NCBI RefSeq assembly: GCF_947499565.1
Contig: NZ_CANMOV010000006.1
Length of the DNA: 64,000 nucleotides
Source of the DNA: an uncultured Croceitalea sp.
GTDB taxonomy: Bacteria; Bacteroidota; Bacteroidia; Flavobacteriales; Flavobacteriaceae
Direction: 5' to 3' (one strand)
This document shows positions 19,114-27,214 of the stretch, piece after piece. How positions within the stretch are numbered: position 1 is the stretch's first letter; the number at the start of each line of letters is the position of its first letter. Below the pieces are notes generated by a model, which did not search any database, was not told the origin of the DNA, and saw nothing but the letters and a program-made list of their open reading frames with translations. The position numbers and the translations under genes were made by a program.

Positions 19114-19870
19114 ATGGAGAAAAAAGAGATTTGGAATTACATCCGTATTGGAACTGACTTAAGATATCTTCAAGATGTTACTACTGAGTTTCCGATAATA
19201 TTTGAAGATGGTCCTCGAGACAATTTGAGAAGGCTTTTAGAAGCTTTTGACGAACTAAGGTTTAGACGTAACGTTAAGGGCTTCATCAGGTCTTATTTCG
19301 TTCCTTAAAAAACTTGACGAAATTCAAGAAGAGCGTAAATTATCTACCGAAGAAGTTAAAGAACTTAAAGAGGAATTGAAATACTCAAGATGGACAATGT
19401 CTGCAGAATGTAGAGGTATCTTTGCCTACATCACCTCCGAAAAAAGATATGATGTCTCAAAACTATCTGATTCTATTGAACGTCTTTTTTCACCTGACAC
19501 ATACAATAACCTTCCTGATATGGCACAATACGACTTTAGTGAAGCTGGTAAATGCATCGTATTTGAACGCTCAACTGCTGCAGCTTTTCATATATTGAGA
19601 GGTACTGAAGTATTGGTAAGAATGTATTATAAGAAGTATTTACGTAAAAAACCAGATGGAAAAACTTGGGGACAACTTTTGAACGAATTAAAAAATAAAT
19701 CCTCAGGAAAAAAGCCCAATCCAATAACGGTAAACCACTTAATCAACATTAAAGACTCTTTCAGAAACCCTACTCAGCACCCAGATAAAGTGTATGATAT
19801 TCAAGAAGTTCAAGACCTTTTAAGTGTCTGTATTGACGTAGTAAATAAGATGGTTGAAGAAATAAAATAA
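19114..19870 (+). pseudogene. HEPN-motif (DUF4145-like) putative RNase split by a single frameshift near 19257
   Basis: Frame 1 reads to ...FDEL; the second frame is open from 19259 (GLDVTLRASS...) to 19870. Removing one A from CTAAGGTTTA joins them into a ~250-aa protein with EAGKC...TAAAFHILRGTE and RNPTQH (RxxxxH). Confidence 0.7.
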
Positions 19871-19872
19871 AA

Positions 19873-19938
19873 GTGTATAACAACACCTATACGCAATGCC
19901 CTTCGGGACACTGCGCATAGCCAAACCGTGTATGTAAT
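19873..19938 (+). mobile_element. Complete attC-like site between cassettes 1 and 2
   Basis: GTGTATAAC begins 2 nt after the stop; hairpin CTATACGCAATG-CCC/ttc/GGGACACTGCGCATAG with one extrahelical base and two mismatches that become G.T on the bottom strand; decayed right end GTGTATGTAAT. Confidence 0.6.
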
Positions 19939-19962
19939 ATAACTGATTAAAAAAAATAAAAA

Positions 19963-20544
19963 ATGAGTGAATGGCTACAGTACCTTATGATACCATTAAT
20001 AGTAACTATTTTAGGTGGTGTCATAATTTTGATTCTAAAAACCATGAGACTTAGAAGAGCTATGGTTTCTGGAATGGTAAATGAAATTAATGCAATTATC
20101 ACGCAAGCTAGACAAATACAAGAATATTTATCTAAAGAAAATCATGAATGGTACATGGAGGGAAAAATTCTCGACGAACCACCAATATTTACACCAGAGA
20201 AAAATTTAATTTACGAAACCTTTATCGAGTATCTTTATTTGTTGAAAAAAAATGAAATAAATAAAATCACTCTGTTTTATGGTAAAGCACTTTCTTGTAC
20301 TAATAGGGTAGTAATACTTTTTCACAGAATTCAACAACAAAGTGACTCAAAAAAAGCACTTACAAAAAAACAAATATCAATGAATAAACTTAGAGCTAAA
20401 AAAGTATATCATAGTTTGGAAGCTCTTTGCAACATCTCTAATCATAGTATTAAAAAATTATCAGACTTACCTGAAATATATAATGAAATTGATACTACTG
20501 AAATAGACAGAAAGATGAATGATGTTAAAAAAACTGCTAATTAA
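19963..20544 (+). CDS. Hypothetical protein, N-terminal TM anchor plus helical domain (cassette 2)
   Basis: Very AT-rich ORF bounded by attC-like sites; no recognisable motif. Confidence 0.7.
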   Translation: MSEWLQYLMIPLIVTILGGVIILILKTMRLRRAMVSGMVNEINAIITQARQIQEYLSKENHEWYMEGKILDEPPIFTPEKNLIYETFIEYLYLLKKNEINKITLFYGKALSCTNRVVILFHRIQQQSDSKKALTKKQISMNKLRAKKVYHSLEALCNISNHSIKKLSDLPEIYNEIDTTEIDRKMNDVKKTAN

Positions 20545-20549
20545 ATACT

Positions 20550-20593
20550 GCACACAGCATTGGCTATAAGTAATTGCTTGTTCTAGACTACTT
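20550..20593 (+). mobile_element. Left-half (truncated) attC-like site closing cassette 2
   Basis: GCACACAGC-ATTGGCTATA-AGTAATTGCTTG..., same 9+10-nt spacing to CTATA as the site at 19873; no matching right arm follows. Confidence 0.45.
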
Positions 20594-20697
20594 AAAAATT
20601 ATAATACTTTATAAACATCATTACCCAAAACCCAACCCATATTGTCCCTAATATCCCAGCTCCTATTCGTATACAAGAATATGGTGCAGGTATTTTT

Positions 20698-21483
20698 ATG
20701 GAGGTTCCAACAAAATCTGCATTCAAAAAAGCTTTAAAGAAAGGCTATCTTACTGTAAATAGTGAAGTGGCTGACACAGCAACTATGCTATCTGGCGGAG
20801 AGGAACTCGTGTTGATCATTCCAGGAAAAGCAAGTCCCAAGAAAAAACTGGTCTTTCCCCTTACTGTTTTATATGAGGATGAACACTTAGCAGTCATCCT
20901 AAAACCTGCTGGTATTTTGGTAAGTGGGAATACCTTTAAAACTATTGCCGCTGCCCTGCCCCAAAACCTAAAACCAAGTACCTTGGCAGATGCGACCATA
21001 CCACAACCTGTGCATCGCTTAGATTATGCCACCACAGGTATTTTATTGGTGGGGAAAACAAGTAGCGCCATTCGTGCACTAAACAAGTTGTTTGAGGAAA
21101 AAGTCATTACAAAAACCTATTACGCAGTTACGATTGGAGACATGCTGCCAAATGGAGAAATCATTTCAACAATAGGCGGTAAACAAGCACAATCTAGCTA
21201 TGTGGTGGAGCAAACCGAGCCTTCAGAACGCTTTGGCTGCCTTAATTTGGTAAAACTAAGCCCTAAAACCGGGAGAAGGCATCAACTACGCAAACATCTT
21301 TTAAGCATTGGCAGTCCCATTCTTGGGGATGCAACTTACAATCATGAGCATCTAATTTTAAAAGGCAAAGGTTTGTATCTACATGCCTATTCCCTAGAAT
21401 TTATACATCCATTTACCAAGGAAGCAATGCATATAACAGCCAAACTTCCAGAAAAATTTAAACGTATTTTTAGTACTTTATAA
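20698..21483 (+). CDS. RluA-family pseudouridine synthase (true start probably upstream, frame open from 20605)
   Basis: VHRLDYATTG catalytic Asp motif, KPAGILV, TGRRHQLRKHL and LHAYSLEF. Confidence 0.9.
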   Translation: MEVPTKSAFKKALKKGYLTVNSEVADTATMLSGGEELVLIIPGKASPKKKLVFPLTVLYEDEHLAVILKPAGILVSGNTFKTIAAALPQNLKPSTLADATIPQPVHRLDYATTGILLVGKTSSAIRALNKLFEEKVITKTYYAVTIGDMLPNGEIISTIGGKQAQSSYVVEQTEPSERFGCLNLVKLSPKTGRRHQLRKHLLSIGSPILGDATYNHEHLILKGKGLYLHAYSLEFIHPFTKEAMHITAKLPEKFKRIFSTL

Positions 21484-21509
21484 TCCGTTTTACATTTTGG
21501 TAGAAATTC

Positions 21510-21639
21510 GTCAATTCGAGTGATTTTTTTAAACTGCGTTCAGCAGAATTCCACCTGTCTGCCTGCAGACAGGTAGAGAATCAGAATTTTTAAAAAACCG
21601 TCAGTTCGAGTTTTTTCCTAAAGAAAAAGTATCGAGAAC
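21510..21639 (+). repeat. Two family B REPs; the first contains a nested perfect palindrome (family D)
   Basis: GTCAATTCGAGTG...[ACCTGTCTGC-ct-GCAGACAGGT 21553-21574]AGAGAA; second copy GTCAGTTCGAG...GTATCGAGAAC at 21600-21639. Confidence 0.78.
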
Positions 21640-21726
21640 AAGGTTTTTTTAGCTAAATACATATTCAAAATGAACAAATACTTTATTGTTTAATTTAAAG
21701 CACTATAAAAAAGTAGCACCCATCTT

Positions 21727-22284
21727 ATGATATATATCATTAGCGGAGCATCACGGGCAGGGAAAACTTTAGTCGCACAGCAACTAGCGGCACAAAAAGG
21801 CATTTCCTATTTTTCACTGGATTGGTTGGTCATGGGTTTTACCAATGGGATTCCGGAATACGGAGTTCATGACCTCTTGTTCCCAGATGAAATAGCAGAA
21901 CGCTCTTGGAGTTTTATCAAAGCTATGCTAGAAAGTATGCTTTATAGCGATATAGATTACATAATAGAAGGGGAAGCCATTCTCCCAGAGTTATTTACCC
22001 AACTGTTGGAAAAACATCCCAATAAACTAAATATATGCTTCCTCGGTTTTACCCAAGTAGATCCAAACGAGAAAATGAGTTCCATAAAAAAGTATAGCAC
22101 AGGAGAAACCGATTGGCTAAGCGATAAAACGGATGCCTATATTCTAGACCATATAAAGAACATGATAGCGCATAGTATTAAAATAGAAAAGTCTTGCGCA
22201 GCAACTGGCCTTACTTATTTTGATACGTCTAAAGATTTTACCGCTACTATGGAACGTGCCATAAGCTATTTGCTGGATGAATAG
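21727..22284 (+). CDS. P-loop NTPase / kinase-like protein
   Basis: N-terminal Walker A IISGASRAGKT; YIIEGEAILP. Confidence 0.75.
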   Translation: MIYIISGASRAGKTLVAQQLAAQKGISYFSLDWLVMGFTNGIPEYGVHDLLFPDEIAERSWSFIKAMLESMLYSDIDYIIEGEAILPELFTQLLEKHPNKLNICFLGFTQVDPNEKMSSIKKYSTGETDWLSDKTDAYILDHIKNMIAHSIKIEKSCAATGLTYFDTSKDFTATMERAISYLLDE

Positions 22285-22339
22285 AACAGATTATCTTAGC
22301 TACTAAGAATCACTTTTAGCTAAAAAAAAGCATTCACCT

Positions 22340-22684
22340 ATGAAATCTAACAAAGAGTTATGTCTTCTATACCTAAAGAAATATGCTGAAAAGGACCTAA
22401 CAGGTGTAGCGGAACTTTTTGCAGATGATATTAGTTTATGAGATTGGAAGATTCACGTAGTTGGAAAAGAAAATGCACTTAGCGAGACACGCAAAAATTT
22501 TGAAGCAGCGGATTCCATTGCGATAGAAGTGCTTTCTACCTATGAAAATAAAAATACCGTCGCGGCGGAGTTAAAAATAACCGTTAATTCAACCGAAGAA
22601 CTCTATGTAGTAGATGTGATTACGTTTAATTCCAATGCGCAAATAGTATCTATACGCGCGTATTTAGGAAGGGGAGATTCATAA
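22340..22684 (+). pseudogene. SnoaL/NTF2-like protein with one in-frame TGA at codon 34 (missed by the ORF track)
   Basis: MKSNKELCLLYLKKYAEKDLTGVAELFADDISL*DWKIHVVGKE...VVDVITFNSNAQIVSIRAYLG; stop at 22439-22441; frame otherwise intact for 114 codons. Confidence 0.8.
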
Positions 22685-22704
22685 ATAAAAGGCTTACAAT
22701 AGCT

Positions 22705-23037
22705 ATGAAGGGCACAGTTTTATATAGAAAAGGATCGCATATTACGGATATAAGCATTCAGTCTAAAGGTCGCATCTGTATTATGAGTGGTGGTGTTGGC
22801 GGTGAATTCGTACTCTATATTCCTACTGCCTCAGAACCTGCTTTATTTAATGCCTTATGCAGTACTAGTGAGCGTGTGCGAAACAGGCTTCTTGGTAAAA
22901 AAGGAAGCAAACAAGAAATTTTTGACCGTATGGTGGCCAAGTTTTCCTCAAAAGAGCGCGACCCAGAAGATGCTATCCGTGCCTTTTTAGCGAAGCATAA
23001 GATACCTTATACCAGCGAATATTGGCCAAATAGATAA
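22705..23037 (+). CDS. Hypothetical protein
   Basis: 110-aa ORF that fits between its neighbours; no motif recognised. Confidence 0.55.
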   Translation: MKGTVLYRKGSHITDISIQSKGRICIMSGGVGGEFVLYIPTASEPALFNALCSTSERVRNRLLGKKGSKQEIFDRMVAKFSSKERDPEDAIRAFLAKHKIPYTSEYWPNR

Positions 23038-23064
23038 CCCAGCATACCCCACAATTATTCTAAA

Positions 23065-24054
23065 ATGATTTCTTTACGCCCGGCTACACTAAAAGACCTT
23101 GAGCTCCTAGAATATTGGGATACCCAAGCCCATGTGATTGCGGGCGACCCAGATGATGATTGGGATTGGAAAAAGGAATTGGCAGTAGATCCTCCATGGC
23201 GCGAACAATTGATAGCAGAATTAGATGGGCAAGCCATAGGGTGTATACAAATTATAGACCCTGCAGAAGAGGAAACCCATTACTGGGGTAAGGTTCCTAA
23301 AAACCTGCGTGCTTTAGATATTTGGATTGGAGAAGCACACCACCTCAGCAAAGGTTACGGCACCCAAATGATGAAGCAGGCCATAGCGCGATGTTTTAGT
23401 CACCCCGCAGTTGAAAAAATCTTAATAGATCCTTTAAAGAATAATGTAAAAGCCCATCGGTTTTATGAGCGTTTGGGGTTTAAGTTCGCAGAAGAAAGAA
23501 GTTTTAATGGCACCGCCTGTTTTGTGTATGAGTTAGAAAGAGTAGCAACATTCCTTCTAAGCACAGAACGTTTAGTGGTAACCGAGGTTTCCCTAAAAGA
23601 CGATACGTTTATCCTAGAACTGGTAAACAGTCCCAATTGGATAGCATTTATTGGAGACAGAGGTATTCGCACTTTAGAAGATGCTCAGAAATACATTCAA
23701 GAGAGTTTACGAAACTCCTACCAAAAACATGGTTTTGGCTTGTACAAAATGTCTTTAAAGTCTAACAATGCACCCATTGGTATTTGCGGTTTTTTAAAAA
23801 GAGATTATTTAGATTTCCCAGATATTGGTTTTGCCACTTTACCTGCCTATGAAGGGAAAGGATATACCTATGAGGTTGCCAAAGCAACCATTATTTATGG
23901 GACAAATAATTTAAATCTAGAGACTATTTTAGCCATAACCACAGAAGCCAATACAAAGTCTAAAAACCTTTTAACTAAATTAGGTCTGGTCCTAAAGGAT
24001 AACATTGTAGATGATGCAAAAAAAGAGTTACTCCTATATACAAATAGCCCTTAA
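23065..24054 (+). CDS. Tandem double GNAT acetyltransferase
   Basis: Domain 1: LDIWIGEAHHLSKGYGT...AHRFYERLGF. Domain 2 (RimJ/RimL-like): DIGFATLPAYEGKGYTYE...NTKSKNLLTKLG. Confidence 0.85.
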   Translation: MISLRPATLKDLELLEYWDTQAHVIAGDPDDDWDWKKELAVDPPWREQLIAELDGQAIGCIQIIDPAEEETHYWGKVPKNLRALDIWIGEAHHLSKGYGTQMMKQAIARCFSHPAVEKILIDPLKNNVKAHRFYERLGFKFAEERSFNGTACFVYELERVATFLLSTERLVVTEVSLKDDTFILELVNSPNWIAFIGDRGIRTLEDAQKYIQESLRNSYQKHGFGLYKMSLKSNNAPIGICGFLKRDYLDFPDIGFATLPAYEGKGYTYEVAKATIIYGTNNLNLETILAITTEANTKSKNLLTKLGLVLKDNIVDDAKKELLLYTNSP

Positions 24055-24096
24055 AATAGTTCTTAGCTTTAAACAGAAATCATGAGTACTCATTAA

Positions 24097-24615
24097 ATGA
24101 CAGAAATAAAACTCTATAAATCTAAAAAAAGAGCCATCCTAGTAATGGCGATGTGTGCTCCCTTTGTGGTACTTGGTGTTTTAATACTCGGCAAGAATCC
24201 CTGGATAGGATGGCTAAGTATAGGTTTCTTTGGTCTTGCCTTTCCCTTAGGAATTTTTAATTTGCTGGATAAAAGACCTGCGATAGTACTTAATGAACTT
24301 GGCATTTTTGACCGCAGCATCAACAAAGATTTCATTAATTGGGAGCTTATAAAAGATGCTTACCCCATTAGCATAAACAAGCAAAAATTTATCTGTTTGC
24401 TGATAGATGAAAAATTTAAGCCTTCTAAAAAGAAAGGACAGTTTTACAAAAGCGTCGCAAAATTAAATGAAGCTATTGGGGCACAGGAATTAAACATCAA
24501 TTTAGGGCAGATTCAAAAAATTGATGAAGTAGCACTAACGCAATTTATCCTAAAAATGTCCAAAGCCACCAAAACAGATAAGGCTACACTACTAAAAGAA
24601 TTGGAAATCGCTTAA
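24097..24615 (+). CDS. STM3941-like membrane protein
   Basis: Two N-terminal TM helices followed by PAIVLNELGIFD...INWELI. Confidence 0.6.
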   Translation: MTEIKLYKSKKRAILVMAMCAPFVVLGVLILGKNPWIGWLSIGFFGLAFPLGIFNLLDKRPAIVLNELGIFDRSINKDFINWELIKDAYPISINKQKFICLLIDEKFKPSKKKGQFYKSVAKLNEAIGAQELNINLGQIQKIDEVALTQFILKMSKATKTDKATLLKELEIA

Positions 24616-24649
24616 AGCCTTATTTTTATCATATCAAAAGAAAAACATC

Positions 24650-25102
24650 ATGAAAAAACTACTATTAATAGCCCTAATCCTTTCTTGTTTTACAAGCTAT
24701 GCGCAAAGCGAGGCGTACCAAAAACAAAAAGCAGAAAAAATAGCCAAAGGCTCCGTTTTTACTAAGATTATTAATAGAGAGCTTCCGGCAACTATAGTTT
24801 ATGAAGATGATGAAATTATTGCTTTTGTTCCCTTACGACCACAAGCGCCAGTACATTACTTAATAGTTCCTAAGAAGGAGATTCATACCATAAATGATGC
24901 GGTGGAAGAAGATGCTTTGGTTTTGGGCAAGCTATTTTTAGTAGCTAAAAAACTGGCAAAAGAAAACGGTATTGCGGAAACGGGGTATCGCTTGGCCATG
25001 AACATTAATGAAGACGCTGGACAATCTGTGTTTCACTTACACATGCATTTTTTAGGGGGAGAAAAATTAGCTCCAATGCTTCCTAGAAAGGAAAAGGAGT
25101 AA
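24650..25102 (+). CDS. HIT (histidine triad) nucleotide hydrolase with an N-terminal signal peptide
   Basis: GQSVFHLHMHFLGG triad; PQAPVHYLIVPK; leader MKKLLLIALILSCFTSYA-Q. Confidence 0.9.
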   Translation: MKKLLLIALILSCFTSYAQSEAYQKQKAEKIAKGSVFTKIINRELPATIVYEDDEIIAFVPLRPQAPVHYLIVPKKEIHTINDAVEEDALVLGKLFLVAKKLAKENGIAETGYRLAMNINEDAGQSVFHLHMHFLGGEKLAPMLPRKEKE

Positions 25103-25108
25103 CATATA

Positions 25109-25376
25109 GGATTTCTCAATCGTTGCCGAGCCTGTCCTGAGCGCAGTTGAAGGGCAACTCATGTCGAAATGACTAAAACAGAACTCACAGTCATTTCGAA
25201 CCGAATACAATGAGTGTGAGAAATCTAAAAACTTAACCTAAACACTCTTATTGGTCTTGGATTTCTCAATCGTCGCCGAGCCTGTCCTGAGCGTAGTCGA
25301 AGGGCTCCTCATGTCGAAATGACTAAAATAGAACCCAATGTCATTTCGAACCGAATGTAATGAGCGTGAGAAATCT
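25109..25376. repeat. Two family A REP doublets (118 bp each, 150-bp period) downstream of GIY-YIG-1
   Basis: 25109-25226 and 25259-25376: GGATTTCTCA...TCGAAATGAC-16 nt-GTCATTTCGA...TGAGAAATCT. Confidence 0.92.
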
Positions 25377-25674
25377 AAATGACGTCGTTATTTAAAAATT
25401 CCCACTCTGGATTAAAAGAAGAAATCAAGTTATCCTTTTTCTCTCTTCTCCATTTTTTCAATTCCTTTTCTCTAAGAATTGCTGACTCTATGGATTCAAA
25501 ACCTTCATAGTAGACAAGATGATAACAGTTGTATTTGCCGGCAAATGATTTTCTAGCATTTTGACTATCAAAATAATGTTGGGAAAGTCTTCGCTGGATA
25601 TCGTTTGTTACGCCAATATAAAGTGTGGTTTTGTTTTCATTAGTTACTATGTAGACAAAGTAGTTAGATAACAT
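25375..25674 (-). CDS. Small stand-alone GIY-YIG nuclease (GIY-YIG_unchar_3-like), copy 1
   Basis: FVY...LYIGVTND..RRL.QH, REKELKKWRREKK, FNPEW; catalytic Y/R/E/N appear intact; the TAG stop overlaps the repeat end. Confidence 0.92.
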   Translation of the reverse strand: MLSNYFVYIVTNENKTTLYIGVTNDIQRRLSQHYFDSQNARKSFAGKYNCYHLVYYEGFESIESAILREKELKKWRREKKDNLISSFNPEWEFLNNDVI

Positions 25675-25694
25675 CTTTTAAAAATAGTTTATTT

Positions 25695-25813
25695 AGATTT
25701 CTCAATCGTTGCCGAGCCTGTCCTGGGACGCAGTTGAAGAGCAACTCATGTCGAAATGACTAAAATGGAACCCGCAGTCATTTCGAACCGAATACTAGGA
25801 GCGTGAGAAATCT
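25695..25813. repeat. Family A REP doublet upstream of GIY-YIG-1
   Basis: AGATTTCTCA...TCGAAATGAC...GTCATTTCGA...TGAGAAATCT, 119 bp. Confidence 0.92.
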
Positions 25814-25857
25814 AAAAAATTAAACTAATCACTATCTTAGTCCAAAGCATTAAAATC

Positions 25858-26340
25858 ATGAAAAGAATAGTTCTCCTAGTATTCCTAGCCCTTTTTATAT
25901 CAACAACGAGCCAAGCTCAAGAACAAGAAATTGAAATGAAGGTCAATTTTTGGGGTTATAAATTTATGAAAGATGGTGAACGTCTTAATTGGAAAGCGTT
26001 ACAAGAAGCTACTACAGCAGTGGAAAATGCCAACTTACTTATTAAAAAGGCAAGAGGGCAACATACTACAAGTATAATTTTGGCGGTTGTTGGCGGAGGT
26101 TTAATTGGCTGGAATCTTGGACAAGCCAGTAATGAAGATGACCCAAATTATACCTTGTCCTATGTAGGGGCAGGTATTGCAGCAGTTGGTATGGGATTTT
26201 CTATAAGTTCTTTTAATAGAGTAAATAAAGGGGTAGATATGTATAACCTTGCTGTTAATAAAACAGCACACTATCAGTTTCAACCCGAATTGCTCGTAGT
26301 TTCAAATAGTAATGGTATTGGATTATCCATGCGGTTTTAA
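25858..26340 (+). CDS. Hypothetical exported/membrane protein
   Basis: Signal peptide plus two Gly/Ala-rich TM helices and a C-terminal Phe. Confidence 0.7.
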   Translation: MKRIVLLVFLALFISTTSQAQEQEIEMKVNFWGYKFMKDGERLNWKALQEATTAVENANLLIKKARGQHTTSIILAVVGGGLIGWNLGQASNEDDPNYTLSYVGAGIAAVGMGFSISSFNRVNKGVDMYNLAVNKTAHYQFQPELLVVSNSNGIGLSMRF

Positions 26341-26403
26341 TCTTTTCTTTATTCGATAAAACTTATAATTAATTATCTTTAATTCAGCTATTTATATGCT
26401 ATA

Positions 26404-27213
26404 ATGAAACGGATTGAGCTATTCGAATTTGAAGATTTTAGCTGGTTGCCTAGCGCTGTTAGAAGCGGAGCCACCAACCTCATTATCATCTTTCACAAAA
26501 TTATGGGCACTACAGAAGTGCTTGTTCAATTACTGCTCAGCATCAAAGAAAAACATAACTTTAATCAAATTGTGGACATGGGCTCTGGTTCTGGGGGTCC
26601 AATGCCAGCGGTTGTTACAGAATTGAACAAAACAATTTCCGAAGAACCTGTCTCACTTATCCTTTCGGATTTGCACCCAAACCCCCAAATAGTAGCAGCA
26701 ATAAATAACAAGAATCTAGATACCATAAGCTACCATAAAGAATCTGTAAATGCTGCAGAAATTGCTAATGCACCCGAGGGGTTAAAAACGATGATCGCAA
26801 GTTTTCATCATATGAATCCTTCCATTGCTAAGAAGATTTTACAATCCGCCGAAGAAAATAAGGAGCCCATCTTAATTTACGAATTGGCAAAAAACAATAT
26901 ACCGCTACTTATTTGGTGTTTACTTCTGCCCATTTCGCTTACCATACTTATTATTATGAGTTTGGTAATGACGCTTTTTGTTCGTCCGTTATCCCTAAGT
27001 CAAATTGTATTTACGTATCTAATACCTTTAATCCCTATTGTTTATGCATGGGACGGTCAAGCATCATTAATGCGTACTTACACCTTTAAAGATATTCAAC
27101 AGCTACTGGGCGAAAACAAAAACCCAAATTACAAATGGACCATTGCCGAGGCTACCAAAGCAAATGGAAAGAAGCTTGGGTATTACATCAGTGGCATTCC
27201 AATAGGTGACTAG
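26404..27213 (+). CDS. Class I SAM-methyltransferase-like protein
   Basis: IVDMGSGSGG motif I; ASFHH; IVYAWDGQAS. Confidence 0.65.
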   Translation: MKRIELFEFEDFSWLPSAVRSGATNLIIIFHKIMGTTEVLVQLLLSIKEKHNFNQIVDMGSGSGGPMPAVVTELNKTISEEPVSLILSDLHPNPQIVAAINNKNLDTISYHKESVNAAEIANAPEGLKTMIASFHHMNPSIAKKILQSAEENKEPILIYELAKNNIPLLIWCLLLPISLTILIIMSLVMTLFVRPLSLSQIVFTYLIPLIPIVYAWDGQASLMRTYTFKDIQQLLGENKNPNYKWTIAEATKANGKKLGYYISGIPIGD

Positions 27214-27214
27214 C

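Noticed and set aside
19040-19162. 40-aa ORF MLYLLILAAIVTSTYTQLLC...
   Set aside because: It overlaps the attC-like half-site and the start of the HEPN gene in another frame; no supporting motif.
22439-22441. Selenocysteine or other recoding of the TGA
   Set aside because: The context suggests Arg (CGA) rather than Cys, and no SECIS-like hairpin is evident downstream.
25109-25813. Classical insertion sequence
   Set aside because: No DDE, HUH or serine transposase motifs; the ORF is a 99-aa GIY-YIG and no target duplication is evident outside the repeats.
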